63,511 nucleotides of DNA from Solirubrobacterales bacterium. GTDB taxonomy: Bacteria > Actinomycetota > Thermoleophilia > Solirubrobacterales > Solirubrobacteraceae. Positions within the stretch are counted from its first letter, which is position 1. Every line of letters begins with the position of its first letter. Position numbers and translations under genes: made by a program. Where the stretch lies: positions 1 to 63,511 of the forward strand of contig JBIOEY010000001.1 in NCBI GenBank assembly GCA_044446505.1, read 5' to 3'. Positions 55,401-63,511 of the stretch are shown piece by piece. The notes under the pieces were generated by a model, which was not told where the DNA came from, searched no databases, and saw nothing but the letters and a program-made list of their open reading frames with translations.

Positions 55401-55466
55401 CAAGCGACGGGCTCCCACGGAACCCAGAGTCTCGGCGTCGATCGGTTCGCCTCCCCTGTTGCTCAT
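52437..55466 (-). CDS. CPA2 cation:proton antiporter with N-terminal extracytoplasmic repeats and C-terminal USP-like domains
   Basis: QPRVMGEVLAGILLGP, SITAFPVLARI, AAAVDDV, FFAYTGLRT, LMNTRGLTELIVL; C-terminal ARCDVAVLV and VPFGGADHDWAALELA. Confidence 0.9.
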   Translation of the reverse strand: MSNRGGEPIDAETLGSVGARRLAVHYVLLALVTAGVAVFVFASGATKHAQRQIAGGYDVSAAAGCLGPKIELAQSGRFVTISNAESTLSGALKFVNGHLSGAVHCVRGRVAQIDAHVASGVLAGSLGALPVGAELKRDPPEPGAPKPLAPGSVGGEYQLAPSSACLGGKMKLTQSGSRVKVVSSKKPRGTLIYKSGVLAGAVSCEHGGRRTVAGTAAGRALDLMLTSPAPKVAAQSAVSGAKAATPPAAAGTAAGGTAGSPPNPAGATAAAPLPEHLAATRQRTAENTVVAFFIAVVIVMLFARLCGSLMPKIRQPRVMGEVLAGILLGPTLFGALAPHLQATIFAPDIVPYIGVTANLGLIFYMFLIGLEVDLGQLRGRARVTLAVSNTALLVPLMLGMLVALPLYPLLAPDIRFAAFALFVGVSMSITAFPVLARIISERRMLKRPLGALALSAAAVDDVSAWFLIALATAVASAGSGVAVLETIGWAAVFCVGMAFLVRPLLARAAVAYDEAGHVPGTWITAIFAGVLLSAITTETIGIAVIFGAFVMGISMPRHAGLSEDVTRRVEDFVLTLLLPLFFAYTGLRTNVGLLGRGQLIAITVGLCAIAIVGKYGGTLIAARVIRMPWRQSAVLGALMNTRGLTELIVLNLALSTGAISSALFTALVIMALVTTFMAGPLIRVLDPHNAYGEEPEEELAASARAPAVRPGAAPEHSILVAPQSAAALEQLLALAEPLARSEPRRELVLARLVRPPRGATVRGGLQTEARRVSEASDQLQRKRVELLDAGLDARAVALTSADPGRDLTRLCRDEEVDLVLLDGRRPLLGDGVPREEVGTVLNEARCDVAVLVAREDAEVGPGPDRSVMVPFGGADHDWAALELASWIAAASGAPLQLLGSSGRREDGRDASGLLANAALIVQQFAGVSAEPVLAEPGREGILAATAGAGLLMVGLSDRWRKEGLGETRRAIARSAPAPIVFVRRGARPGALAPSTELTRFGWSTAGVGP

Positions 55467-55590
55467 GCCGCGCGGCACGAGTCTAACGGCGTGCCGGACG
55501 GCAGGAGTCCGCAGTGAGAGCGTCTGGCGTGGGCCGCCGCCGTCTGGCATATGATTGGGCGTCTTCCGGCAAGTTAGGCGAGGTGGTCTG

Positions 55591-56484
55591 ATGCGAGCAA
55601 AACACACACGCTCCCGGCGGCCGATCGCGGTCGTGGCGGCGACGCTGCTGACGATTGGAGCCATGACGGCGATGACGGCGACCGCCGCCGCCCCGGCGCC
55701 GCCGGTCAACGACGCCTACCTCGAATCGCTGAACCTCAACAAGCCCGGCAGCGCGCTCGACCGTCACAACGAACTGCGCGACGTGCGCGACACGACGGCG
55801 GCGACGGTTCAGTCGGACATCTTTAGCCCGCCGTCGCGCGGCGGCCCGCCCGAGCTGACCGGCTGCAACGGCGTCGGCGAGAGCGGGACGATCTGGTACG
55901 ACTTCTTCCCCGACGCCAACGGGATCGTACGGATCAGGACGTCGGCGACGTTCGGGACGATCATGGCGGTCATGCCGTACGACCCCAAGACGTTGCTGCC
56001 CGACAACAGCCAGCGCCGCTGCGCGGTCAACCAGACCACGATGGCCAGCGAACTCTTCTACAACGTCCAGGCCGGGCGCGCGTACACAGTGCAGATCGGC
56101 GGGGTCGAAGGAGCCGCAGGCAGTATCGAGTTCCTGTTCGGCTACGTCGTGCCTCTCAAGCGCCTGCAGGCCGAAGCGACGCTCGCCGCGCAGCCGCTCG
56201 CCGGCGGGGTGCGGGTGGTGAGCCTCGCCGTCAAAGCCCCGCGAAGGGCGCGCGTCGAAGTGCGCTGCACGCGCGGATGCAGCCCCCAGGCCACGACGGC
56301 CCGGACCGTTGGCTTCCCCCGACTGGGCGGCGCGGTGCTGCCGGACGGTGCTGCTCTGAAGATCTACGTGACCGCCAAGAACCAGATCGGCGCCTACATC
56401 GAATACCGGATCGGGCACGGGAGCTTCACCAAGATCCAGCGCTGCCTGGCTCCGGGCTCGAAGAAGCCCAAACGCTGCGAATGA
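55591..56484 (+). CDS. secreted protein of unknown function
   Basis: GAGG RBS, signal peptide, PPVND, TIWYDF, YTVQIGG; C-terminal CLAPG...C. Confidence 0.75.
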   Translation: MRAKHTRSRRPIAVVAATLLTIGAMTAMTATAAAPAPPVNDAYLESLNLNKPGSALDRHNELRDVRDTTAATVQSDIFSPPSRGGPPELTGCNGVGESGTIWYDFFPDANGIVRIRTSATFGTIMAVMPYDPKTLLPDNSQRRCAVNQTTMASELFYNVQAGRAYTVQIGGVEGAAGSIEFLFGYVVPLKRLQAEATLAAQPLAGGVRVVSLAVKAPRRARVEVRCTRGCSPQATTARTVGFPRLGGAVLPDGAALKIYVTAKNQIGAYIEYRIGHGSFTKIQRCLAPGSKKPKRCE

Positions 56485-56834
56485 CCTCCACCTCGCGCGG
56501 ACGCGTGGCAATCGCGGCGCTGATCGCCGTGCTGGCGTTCGGGGCGGCCTTCGCGGTGCACAAGGCGACCGCCGGGACCGCCCAAACGCCGCCGCTGCCG
56601 ACGCCGATCGTGCTGCCCTCGGCTCCCGTGCACGCCTCTGGCGTCGCGCTGCCGGCGGTGGCGCTGCCCGCGCTGCATCGTCCGCCCCGTCCAGCTGCTC
56701 CCGCCCAGAGCACCCCCGCTCCAAGCTCCACACCGGCGGCTCCGGCGCCGACCCCGGCCGCACCCTCCACGCCGGCCGCTCCGCCGAGCGGCGGCGGCAA
56801 AGGCGGCGGCAGCGGTCCGGTGCTCGTAGGCTAG
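56481..56834 (+). CDS. small membrane-anchored Pro/Ala-rich protein
   Basis: ATGA-coupled; N-terminal hydrophobic helix then PAAP/STP repeats. Confidence 0.65.
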   Translation: MTSTSRGRVAIAALIAVLAFGAAFAVHKATAGTAQTPPLPTPIVLPSAPVHASGVALPAVALPALHRPPRPAAPAQSTPAPSSTPAAPAPTPAAPSTPAAPPSGGGKGGGSGPVLVG

Positions 56835-56882
56835 TGTCGAAGAGCACGTGACCCCCAGTCGCAGTCAACGCCCGGTGATCTG

Positions 56883-58898
56883 ATGGACTCGCCGCAGAGT
56901 TCCACGGTCGTCGCGGGCTACCGCATCGACGGCACACTCGGGGAAGGCGGCATGGGCACCGTCTACCGCGCAACCCAGCTCTCGCTGGAGCGTGTGGTGG
57001 CGCTGAAGGTGCTAACCGCGGAGCTCAGCGCCGACCCCGGTTTCCGCGAGCGCTTCCGTCGCGAGGGCCTGCTGCAGGCGGCGCTCGACCACCCCCACAT
57101 CGTCACGGTCTACGAGGCCGGTGAGGCCGACAACAGGCTGTTCCTCGCGATGCGGATGGTCGAGGGTCCCACGCTCAAGGACCTGATCCTGCGGCGCCAG
57201 CTCGACGACAGGCGGGCGCTGCGCCTGCTCACGCAGGTGGCCGAGGCGCTCGACGCGGCGCACGCGAAGGGGCTCATCCATCGCGACGTCAAGCCCCAGA
57301 ACGTGCTGGTCGGCGCCGGCGACCACGCCTACCTGGCCGACTTCGGGCTGACCAAGGGGCACGACGACGCGGCGATGACCGAAACCGGTCAGTTCGTGGG
57401 CACGATCGACTACATCTCCCCCGAGCAGGCCCGCGGGGAGCGTGCCACGGCTCGCAGCGACGTGTACGCCCTCACGGCCGTGCTCTGCGAGTGCCTGACC
57501 GGCCAGGTTCCGTATGTGCGGGCCACCGAAGAGCGGGCTCTCCTCGCACACCTGACCGAGCCTCCGCCGCGTCTGTCCGAGGTGCGCTCGAACCTCCCTC
57601 CCGCGATGGACGAGGTGGTCGCGGAGGGGATGGCGAAGGACCCCGAGGACAGGCCAGCCTCGGCCGGCGAGCTGATGTTGATGGCGCGCCGCGCGCTCGG
57701 CGCCGTACCGGAAGCCGCTGGGTCGGCCTCCGCAGACTCAACGCGCCTGCGCCCCACCGCGGGGGCTCCGACGCGGGCGCCGCGCACGGTCGCGAAAGGC
57801 GATCCCGGTGCGACTCGCTTCGCCGGGGCCGCCGCGACGGCGCCGGGTGCGGCAGGAGCGCCCGTCGGCGAGCCGGCCGCAGGGGTGCCCACCGACGACG
57901 CCCGCGCCCCCACCGTTGCCTCGTCTGGGCCGGCTGCGAGCGAGGCGCGCGCGTCCGCCGGCCGCCGAGGCTTCGCGCCGGCCGTGCTCGCAGCGGCGGT
58001 GCTCGCCGCCGTCCTCGGATTCCTGCTCGGCGGCGGCTCGGGCGGGTCCGGGGAACCTTTCAGCCACTCGGCGTCGTCGGGCAACGTCGAGCTCTCCTTC
58101 CCCGCCGGCTGGCAGCAGCTCGCGAGCGCGCCAACGATCCCGGGGCTCACGTTCTCGCAGCCGCTCGCGCTGGCGCAGAGCCCTTCCACCGCCGCCGCGA
58201 GTGCCTCCTCTCAGCGCCTGGTCGCCGGCGAGGTGGGCGCCTCGGGGCCCTCGCTGCTGCCCGCGGCGTTCACCGCCACCCTGAACGGCGCCCTGCCCCG
58301 AGCCAAGCCGGTGCGGCTGGGCGCGCTGCAGGCATACCGCTACAGCGGGTTGTCCGTGCGCGGCCTCACGGGGTCGCTGACGCTCTACGCGGTGCCCACC
58401 GCGGGCGGTGTGGCCACCGTCGCATGCCTGAGCTCCTCGGGCTCCGCGCCGGCGGTGCAGTGCGCGCAGATCGCGGCCACCCTGAAGCTGAACGGCACCA
58501 CCGCGTTCGGGCTTGGCCCCAGCCAGGGGTATGCCACCGCGCTGAAGCGTACCTTCGGGCAGTTGCGCAGCGCCGTCGACGCCAGTACCGTCCGACTGCG
58601 CGCCGCTTCGAGCGCCGCGGCTCAGGCCGCCGCGGCCACCCAGCTAGCCGCCGCCTACAGCGCCGCATCGAGCGCGCTCGGGAGGCTCACCGCGAGTCCC
58701 GCCGTGCAGGGCCCCAACGCGAGCCTCGGCGGCTCGTTGGCGGCTGTCGGCCGCGACTACTCGGCATTGGCCGCGGCCGCGCGAGTCGGGGACGAAGCGG
58801 CCTATGCGCGCGCGCAGCGCGCGATCGGCGGCGACCGCGTCCGGGCAGCAAACGCGCTCGCGGCGCTGCGCCAGGTCGGTTACGTCGTCTCGGGCTGA
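56883..58898 (+). CDS. transmembrane Hanks-type Ser/Thr protein kinase
   Basis: LGEGGMGTVY, VALKVL, HRDVKPQN, DFG, YISPE, SDVY; TM helix then a large extracellular region. Confidence 0.93.
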   Translation: MDSPQSSTVVAGYRIDGTLGEGGMGTVYRATQLSLERVVALKVLTAELSADPGFRERFRREGLLQAALDHPHIVTVYEAGEADNRLFLAMRMVEGPTLKDLILRRQLDDRRALRLLTQVAEALDAAHAKGLIHRDVKPQNVLVGAGDHAYLADFGLTKGHDDAAMTETGQFVGTIDYISPEQARGERATARSDVYALTAVLCECLTGQVPYVRATEERALLAHLTEPPPRLSEVRSNLPPAMDEVVAEGMAKDPEDRPASAGELMLMARRALGAVPEAAGSASADSTRLRPTAGAPTRAPRTVAKGDPGATRFAGAAATAPGAAGAPVGEPAAGVPTDDARAPTVASSGPAASEARASAGRRGFAPAVLAAAVLAAVLGFLLGGGSGGSGEPFSHSASSGNVELSFPAGWQQLASAPTIPGLTFSQPLALAQSPSTAAASASSQRLVAGEVGASGPSLLPAAFTATLNGALPRAKPVRLGALQAYRYSGLSVRGLTGSLTLYAVPTAGGVATVACLSSSGSAPAVQCAQIAATLKLNGTTAFGLGPSQGYATALKRTFGQLRSAVDASTVRLRAASSAAAQAAAATQLAAAYSAASSALGRLTASPAVQGPNASLGGSLAAVGRDYSALAAAARVGDEAAYARAQRAIGGDRVRAANALAALRQVGYVVSG

Positions 58899-60892
58899 GC
58901 CGCCGGCGAATGCCCCGGGGTCTCCTCCTCGGGCTCGACTGTCGGCGGATACTCCGGGCTCTCCGCTTCGGGCTGGACGGTCGGCGAATGCCCCGGGCTC
59001 TCCACCTCGGGCTGAGCGGCTGTTGAAGACCCCGGGCTCTCCCGCTCGGGTCTGTCACCGTCGTCGGCGAGCGACCAGAGCGTCGTGTGCGACCGCCGGC
59101 CGCGCAGCTCGATCTGCTCCACGAACACGAGATCGTCGGGGGATACGGTCAGCGCCTCCTTGGTGGCCCCCGACAGCAACAGCTGGTGGGGGGTTCCCTT
59201 GGTGTACTGCTCGATGCGCGCCGCCACGTTCGTGGTATCGCCCACCGCCGTGTACTCCACGCGCCGCTCGGACCCGACGTTGCCCGACATCACGCGCCCC
59301 GAGTTGAGGCCGATGCCCATGCGAAACCCCGATCCGAGATCCTGCTCGCGCAGCCACGCGTTGAAGCGGGGCAGGCGCAGCGTGAGCATCTCACGGGCGG
59401 TCGAGAGCGCGCGGTCGGCGTTGTCGGCCTGCGCGATCGGCGCTCCGAACACAGCCATGATCCCGTCCCCCATGTAGGCCACAAGGGTGCCCCCATGGTC
59501 GAGGATCGCATCGCTCATCTCGCTCAGGTAGCGGTTGAGCACTTCGATCACGCGGTCCGGGGTCAGCGTTTCCGCGAACGTGGTGAAGCCGCGCAGGTCG
59601 GTGAACATCACGGTTCCCTCGCGCTGCACCCCGCCCAGGCGCAGCCCCGCGTCGGCGCTCGCCAGGACCTCGTCCACGACGTTCTCGGGCACGAAGCGCG
59701 AGAACAGGTCGCGCACCCGTTCGCGCTCGAAGGCGACGGTGACCAGCTGCACCGACAGCGCGCCGGCCGCGCTGAGGATCAGCGCTCCGAGCGGATACAC
59801 GAACGACACCACGCGCCCATCGTCGAAGGCGATCTGCACGGCCGCCGTGAACGCCGCCGCGAGTGCGACCGACAGCGCGATCGTGGCGATCGGGCCGAAC
59901 CGCAGACTGGCCAGCGGGGCGGCGAAGCCCATCAGCACGATCAGCGCCAGGTCCAGCCGTGCCGCCACCGAGCGCAGTGGCAGGCCCCGCAGGACCGTCT
60001 CGATCGCACTGGCCTGGACCTCTGCTCCCGGCATTTCGCTAGCGGTGGACGTCGGGTGGACATCCTGAAGCGATGGCGCCGAGGGGCCGACGACCACGAT
60101 CTTGTCGTGGAAGAAGCCCTTCGGCAGCCGGCCGCGGTAGACCGTCGAGAACGAGACCCTGTGGAGGGTGCCGGTTGGTCCGTAGTAGTCGATCCAGGCA
60201 GAGCCTCCGTCGAAGCTGCGCGGGCCGATCCGATGGCCCTCGGCGACTTCGGCGCTCGCCACCGCGAGCGTCCTCAGCCCGCCGACCGAGAAACCGACCC
60301 GTCGCAGGATGCCGCCTGGATCGTTCGGCAGCAGCGCGTTGGCGGGCCGCGAACCCACTTCGCTCAGGAGCGCCCTTCCTTCGGTGCTGCCGAGGAACCT
60401 GGTGTTCCCGTGTGCGTCGGTCTCGGTCGTGGCCATCACGGTGCGCCCTTCGGCGCTTTCGAGCGCGGCGAGCAGCGCGGTCTCGTCGGCGCGCGCCTGG
60501 GGGCACTGGCCCGCCGGCGGCTGGGCGCCCGTGGTGGAGAGGGGGCAGGCGCTGGCCTCGGTGAACTGCACGTCGTACGCGATCGCCTTGGGGTGGTCGC
60601 GTGCGATCGCTTCGATCACCCGCGCGTGCACCCGGCGCGCGAAGGGCCATTGCAGGCCCAATTCGTCGAAGGTCGTTGCGTCGATCTCGACCAGTACGAC
60701 ATTCGTTGGTGGCGGCCGGCGGCCGCGGATCGAGAAGCGGGCGTTGACGGTGCTCAGCTCGAGCGTTCGCAGCAGGTCGGTCTCGTAGGCGACGATCGCC
60801 AGGCCCGTGGCGCCCACCGCCACGATCGCCAGCAGCACCAGCCGCAGCCGCCGCGTGCGTGCCGGTCCGGCCCGGTTGCGCTTGCGCTTCAC
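58880..60892 (-). CDS. CHASE2-domain class III nucleotidyl cyclase
   Basis: VVLVEID, QWPF, AYDVQF, DKIVVVG, MPGAEVQA, three TM helices, FTDLRGFT, MGDG, YTAVGDTTNVAAR. Confidence 0.92.
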   Translation of the reverse strand: MKRKRNRAGPARTRRLRLVLLAIVAVGATGLAIVAYETDLLRTLELSTVNARFSIRGRRPPPTNVVLVEIDATTFDELGLQWPFARRVHARVIEAIARDHPKAIAYDVQFTEASACPLSTTGAQPPAGQCPQARADETALLAALESAEGRTVMATTETDAHGNTRFLGSTEGRALLSEVGSRPANALLPNDPGGILRRVGFSVGGLRTLAVASAEVAEGHRIGPRSFDGGSAWIDYYGPTGTLHRVSFSTVYRGRLPKGFFHDKIVVVGPSAPSLQDVHPTSTASEMPGAEVQASAIETVLRGLPLRSVAARLDLALIVLMGFAAPLASLRFGPIATIALSVALAAAFTAAVQIAFDDGRVVSFVYPLGALILSAAGALSVQLVTVAFERERVRDLFSRFVPENVVDEVLASADAGLRLGGVQREGTVMFTDLRGFTTFAETLTPDRVIEVLNRYLSEMSDAILDHGGTLVAYMGDGIMAVFGAPIAQADNADRALSTAREMLTLRLPRFNAWLREQDLGSGFRMGIGLNSGRVMSGNVGSERRVEYTAVGDTTNVAARIEQYTKGTPHQLLLSGATKEALTVSPDDLVFVEQIELRGRRSHTTLWSLADDGDRPERESPGSSTAAQPEVESPGHSPTVQPEAESPEYPPTVEPEEETPGHSPAAQPETT
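58889..59044 (-). repeat. 39-bp coding tandem repeat x4 (13-aa ExESPGHSPTVQP-like)
   Basis: Units start at 58889, 58928, 58967 and 59006; they form the cyclase C-terminal tail. Confidence 0.88.
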
Positions 60893-61027
60893 CCGTTCAC
60901 CTCAGATCGCCCCGGCCGAACGGTACCGAGTTCCCTTCCGCGGGCGCCCCTCCGCCGGTCATCCCGCGCGCCCGCGGTGCGTGCTCCGACGGCGGCGGGC
61001 GTGGGGCTGCGTTACCCTGGCCCTGGA

Positions 61028-62347
61028 ATGATGGGGGACCCTTCACGCTTCGTTCTGCCGGAGGCGCTCACGCTGGCCGGCCGCTACACCGTCCAGGCGC
61101 CGATCTCAAGCGGCGCGATGGGTGCGGTCTATCGCGCTCGCGACACCCGCACCGATACGGCCGTGGCGGTCAAGCACGTGAACAACACGCGCCACGCCGA
61201 GCGCTTCGAGGTCGAGGCGCAGCTGCTGTCATTGCTGAGCCATCCGCGGGTGGTCGAGGTCCTCGACCACTTCGCCGACGAGCGCGGCCAGTACCTGGTG
61301 ATGGAGCTGGTCGAAGGGACCGACCTGCACGCGCTGCTTGCGCAGGCCGGCGAGCCGGGGTTGCCGCTCGACCAGGCGGTGGAGTACGCCCGCCAGAGCT
61401 GCGAGGCGCTGGAGTACGTGCACGAGCAGCAGATCGTGCACCGCGACGTGAAGCCCCAGAACCTGATCCTCGGCGAGCACGGCGTCGTGCTGGTCGACTT
61501 CGGGATCGCCCGCCTGCTCAAAGACGAGGAAGAAGACGAGGGCACGATGGGGGTCGGCACGCCGCGGTTCATGGCGCCCGAGGTGTTCGCCGGGGGCTCG
61601 GTGTCCCCGCGCAGCGACGTCTTCAGCCTGGCCGCCACGCTGTGGACGCTGATCGTGGGCAAGCCGCCCGTGTACGCCAGCCCGACCAAGCTGGTCGAGC
61701 TTGCCCCCGAGGTCCCCCTCGAGATCGCCGAGGCGGTGCAGGCGGGCCTCGAGATGATCCCCGAGCGGCGCGTCGCCTCGATCGCCGCCTTCGCCCGCGC
61801 GCTCGGCGGTCACTCGCAGTCCTCGGTCGGCGGGTCGCTCACGCTTTCGGTCGAGGGGCCCGCCGCCCGGCGCAGCCTGATCGAGGGGATCGTGCGCACC
61901 GCGGCAGGCGTGTTCGGGGCGGCGGCATCCTCGATCGCGCTGACCGACGCCAACACAGGCGAGCTGGTCTACCAGTCGGCGTGGGGGGCCGGCGGGCGCG
62001 AGATCGTCGGCGTAAGGCTGCCCCCCGGGCATGGCTTCTCCGGGAGCGTGGTCGCAAGCGGGCAGCCGGTGGCGGTGAGCGACTGCCGCACCGACCCGCG
62101 CTTCGCGGCCCGCATCGCCGCCGGCACCGGCCACGTCCCCTACACGATGCTGGTCGTCCCGCTGATTCGCCAGGGCCGCCCGATCGGCGTGCTCTCACTG
62201 CTCGATCGCCGCGACGGAGGCCACTACGGGCCCGACGACGCCGAGCGGGCCGCGCTGTTCGCCGAGCTCGCCGTCAGCGCGATCGAAGCCGACGGCGAAG
62301 CGCTCCCCAGCCTGGGCGCGCGCAGGGCGCGGATCATCCCAGTCTGA
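61028..62347 (+). CDS. cytoplasmic Ser/Thr protein kinase with C-terminal GAF domain
   Basis: SGAMGAVY, VAVKH, HRDVKPQN, DFG, FMAPE; GAF motifs ASSIAL, GFSGSV, DPRF, MLVVPL, IGVLSLLD. Confidence 0.9.
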   Translation: MMGDPSRFVLPEALTLAGRYTVQAPISSGAMGAVYRARDTRTDTAVAVKHVNNTRHAERFEVEAQLLSLLSHPRVVEVLDHFADERGQYLVMELVEGTDLHALLAQAGEPGLPLDQAVEYARQSCEALEYVHEQQIVHRDVKPQNLILGEHGVVLVDFGIARLLKDEEEDEGTMGVGTPRFMAPEVFAGGSVSPRSDVFSLAATLWTLIVGKPPVYASPTKLVELAPEVPLEIAEAVQAGLEMIPERRVASIAAFARALGGHSQSSVGGSLTLSVEGPAARRSLIEGIVRTAAGVFGAAASSIALTDANTGELVYQSAWGAGGREIVGVRLPPGHGFSGSVVASGQPVAVSDCRTDPRFAARIAAGTGHVPYTMLVVPLIRQGRPIGVLSLLDRRDGGHYGPDDAERAALFAELAVSAIEADGEALPSLGARRARIIPV

Positions 62348-62425
62348 GAGGAAGGCCCAAGGCCGGTTCGGCGAGCCGCGGTCGCCCGGCCGAGTGAGGC
62401 TGGGTGCCGCCCGACGGGGTGCCGG

Positions 62426-63511
62426 TCAGCCCCGCTTGAGGGGCGCCCGCGCGAGGTAGCTCTGGCCGGTGAACAGCGTGAAGGTCTTGCGGCGGCGGAA
62501 ATCGCGGACCGAGATGACGCCGCGCTTGACGCGGGTGAGGGTCCCGTCGCAGCGGTTGGCCACGCTCCAGATCGTGCCGCGCACTGTCGCTGCGCTGTAC
62601 TGCCCGCGCGCGGAGAAGTGCCCGTGTCCGCTGGCGTTAAGTCGGCCGAGCACTTTGCTGCTTGGATGGCCGGCGGCGATCCGGGCCTTGCCGCGGGTCG
62701 CGCAGACCTGGCGGGCGCTGTGGGTGTCGATGATGTCCAGATTGGTCAGCCCCTGCTGCTTGCGTCCCTGCAATAGCTTGAAGAGCCCCGCCCCGAAATC
62801 CCCGGACTGCAGCATGCCCTTCGAAGAGGCGGTGGTGGCCGTGGTGATGCTCACCACCCCGGCGGTCGTATCGAGAATCGATCCGAAGGGAATCTGGCGT
62901 GCTTCGGTCAACGGTATGAACGCCCGGCCCTTCGTGACCGCGGCGAACGCCGGCGCACCAAGCGCGAGCGGTGAGAACGAAGCGAGTGTGGCGCCCGGCG
63001 GTAGCTCGATCAAGACGATCCCCGACACCGGTGCCACGTTCGCGGACTTGCCGAGCACCGGCGGCGGCAGCGTCGCGAGCGTTTCTTTGACGCCGAGCAC
63101 GCCCGATTTGGGTTCCTGGCTCGGGAGGGGATTGTTGGGCCCTGGGGGAGGTGGCACGACGGGCTGGCTCGGCTGCCCGGTGGCGAACGGCTGATCCCCG
63201 CCGCCGACCCCCACAGGCGCCACCGAGTTGGTCGCGATCACGTTGAAGTGGTAGGTCCTGTTGGGTTCGAGCCCCGTGAGCGTCCGGGTCAGTGACTGCG
63301 GGCCGCCGGTGGCGCCGATGCTCACCGGTGCCGTCTTCTGGCCGTAGCTGGTGTTAGGCCCGTACTCGACCACGTAGGTGGTGTCTGTGCCGTCTGGGTC
63401 GATCGTGAAGCCGATCTTGGCGGTCGTTTCTGTGGTCGAGAGGACGTTCACGTTCGAGACGATGGGTGGCCCGATGACGTTGGCGCTGCCGGTGGCGGTC
63501 GTTTTGGCGCC
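62426..63511 (-). CDS. surface/secreted protein (5' end outside window): FN3-like domain, Pro linker, FecR-like C-terminal domain
   Basis: YVVEYG...LTGLEPNRTYHFNVIATN; SAATVRGTIWSV...TLTRVKRGVISV...LFTGQS. Confidence 0.7.
   Translation of the reverse strand, partial: GAKTTATGSANVIGPPIVSNVNVLSTTETTAKIGFTIDPDGTDTTYVVEYGPNTSYGQKTAPVSIGATGGPQSLTRTLTGLEPNRTYHFNVIATNSVAPVGVGGGDQPFATGQPSQPVVPPPPGPNNPLPSQEPKSGVLGVKETLATLPPPVLGKSANVAPVSGIVLIELPPGATLASFSPLALGAPAFAAVTKGRAFIPLTEARQIPFGSILDTTAGVVSITTATTASSKGMLQSGDFGAGLFKLLQGRKQQGLTNLDIIDTHSARQVCATRGKARIAAGHPSSKVLGRLNASGHGHFSARGQYSAATVRGTIWSVANRCDGTLTRVKRGVISVRDFRRRKTFTLFTGQSYLARAPLKRG

Noticed and set aside
58889-59044. Possible CRISPR array
   Set aside because: Contiguous 39-bp in-frame units with no unique spacers and no cas genes; a coding repeat
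59087-61027. 1086-aa ORF as a giant kinase
   Set aside because: The first ~650 codons are the antisense shadow of the CHASE2 cyclase; the kinase starts at 61028

Overview
GC-rich actinobacterial DNA; the gene repertoire suggests Thermoleophilia/Solirubrobacterales (inference). About 1-38 kb is a decaying mobile/defence island. It holds a frameshifted tyrosine recombinase, vapBC, a dipZ/two-component module, an IS256 with an 8-bp target duplication and an AbiE pair whose toxin has a WYL-like tail. It also holds an eroded acyl-CoA dehydrogenase/radical-SAM operon, IS630/IS21/IS3 remnants, an intact Wadjet type II operon, a tRNA-His 3' fragment with att-like repeats and an intact type I R-M system. 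The Wadjet operon is bracketed by two pieces of a second abiEii copy (22061-22117 and 30538-30656, homologous to 12755-12811 and 13548-13663), so it appears to have replaced the interior of an AbiE toxin gene. 38-49 kb is a cluster of class III cyclase/STAND-LuxR regulators interleaved with DUF4242 proteins. 49-63.5 kb is an intact signalling cluster: DUF3307, GH15, FHA protein, CPA2 antiporter with unusual extra domains, two Ser/Thr kinases, CHASE2 cyclase and a FecR-like surface protein. No CRISPR array or rRNA was seen. All family calls come from motif recognition by eye, with no database searches.
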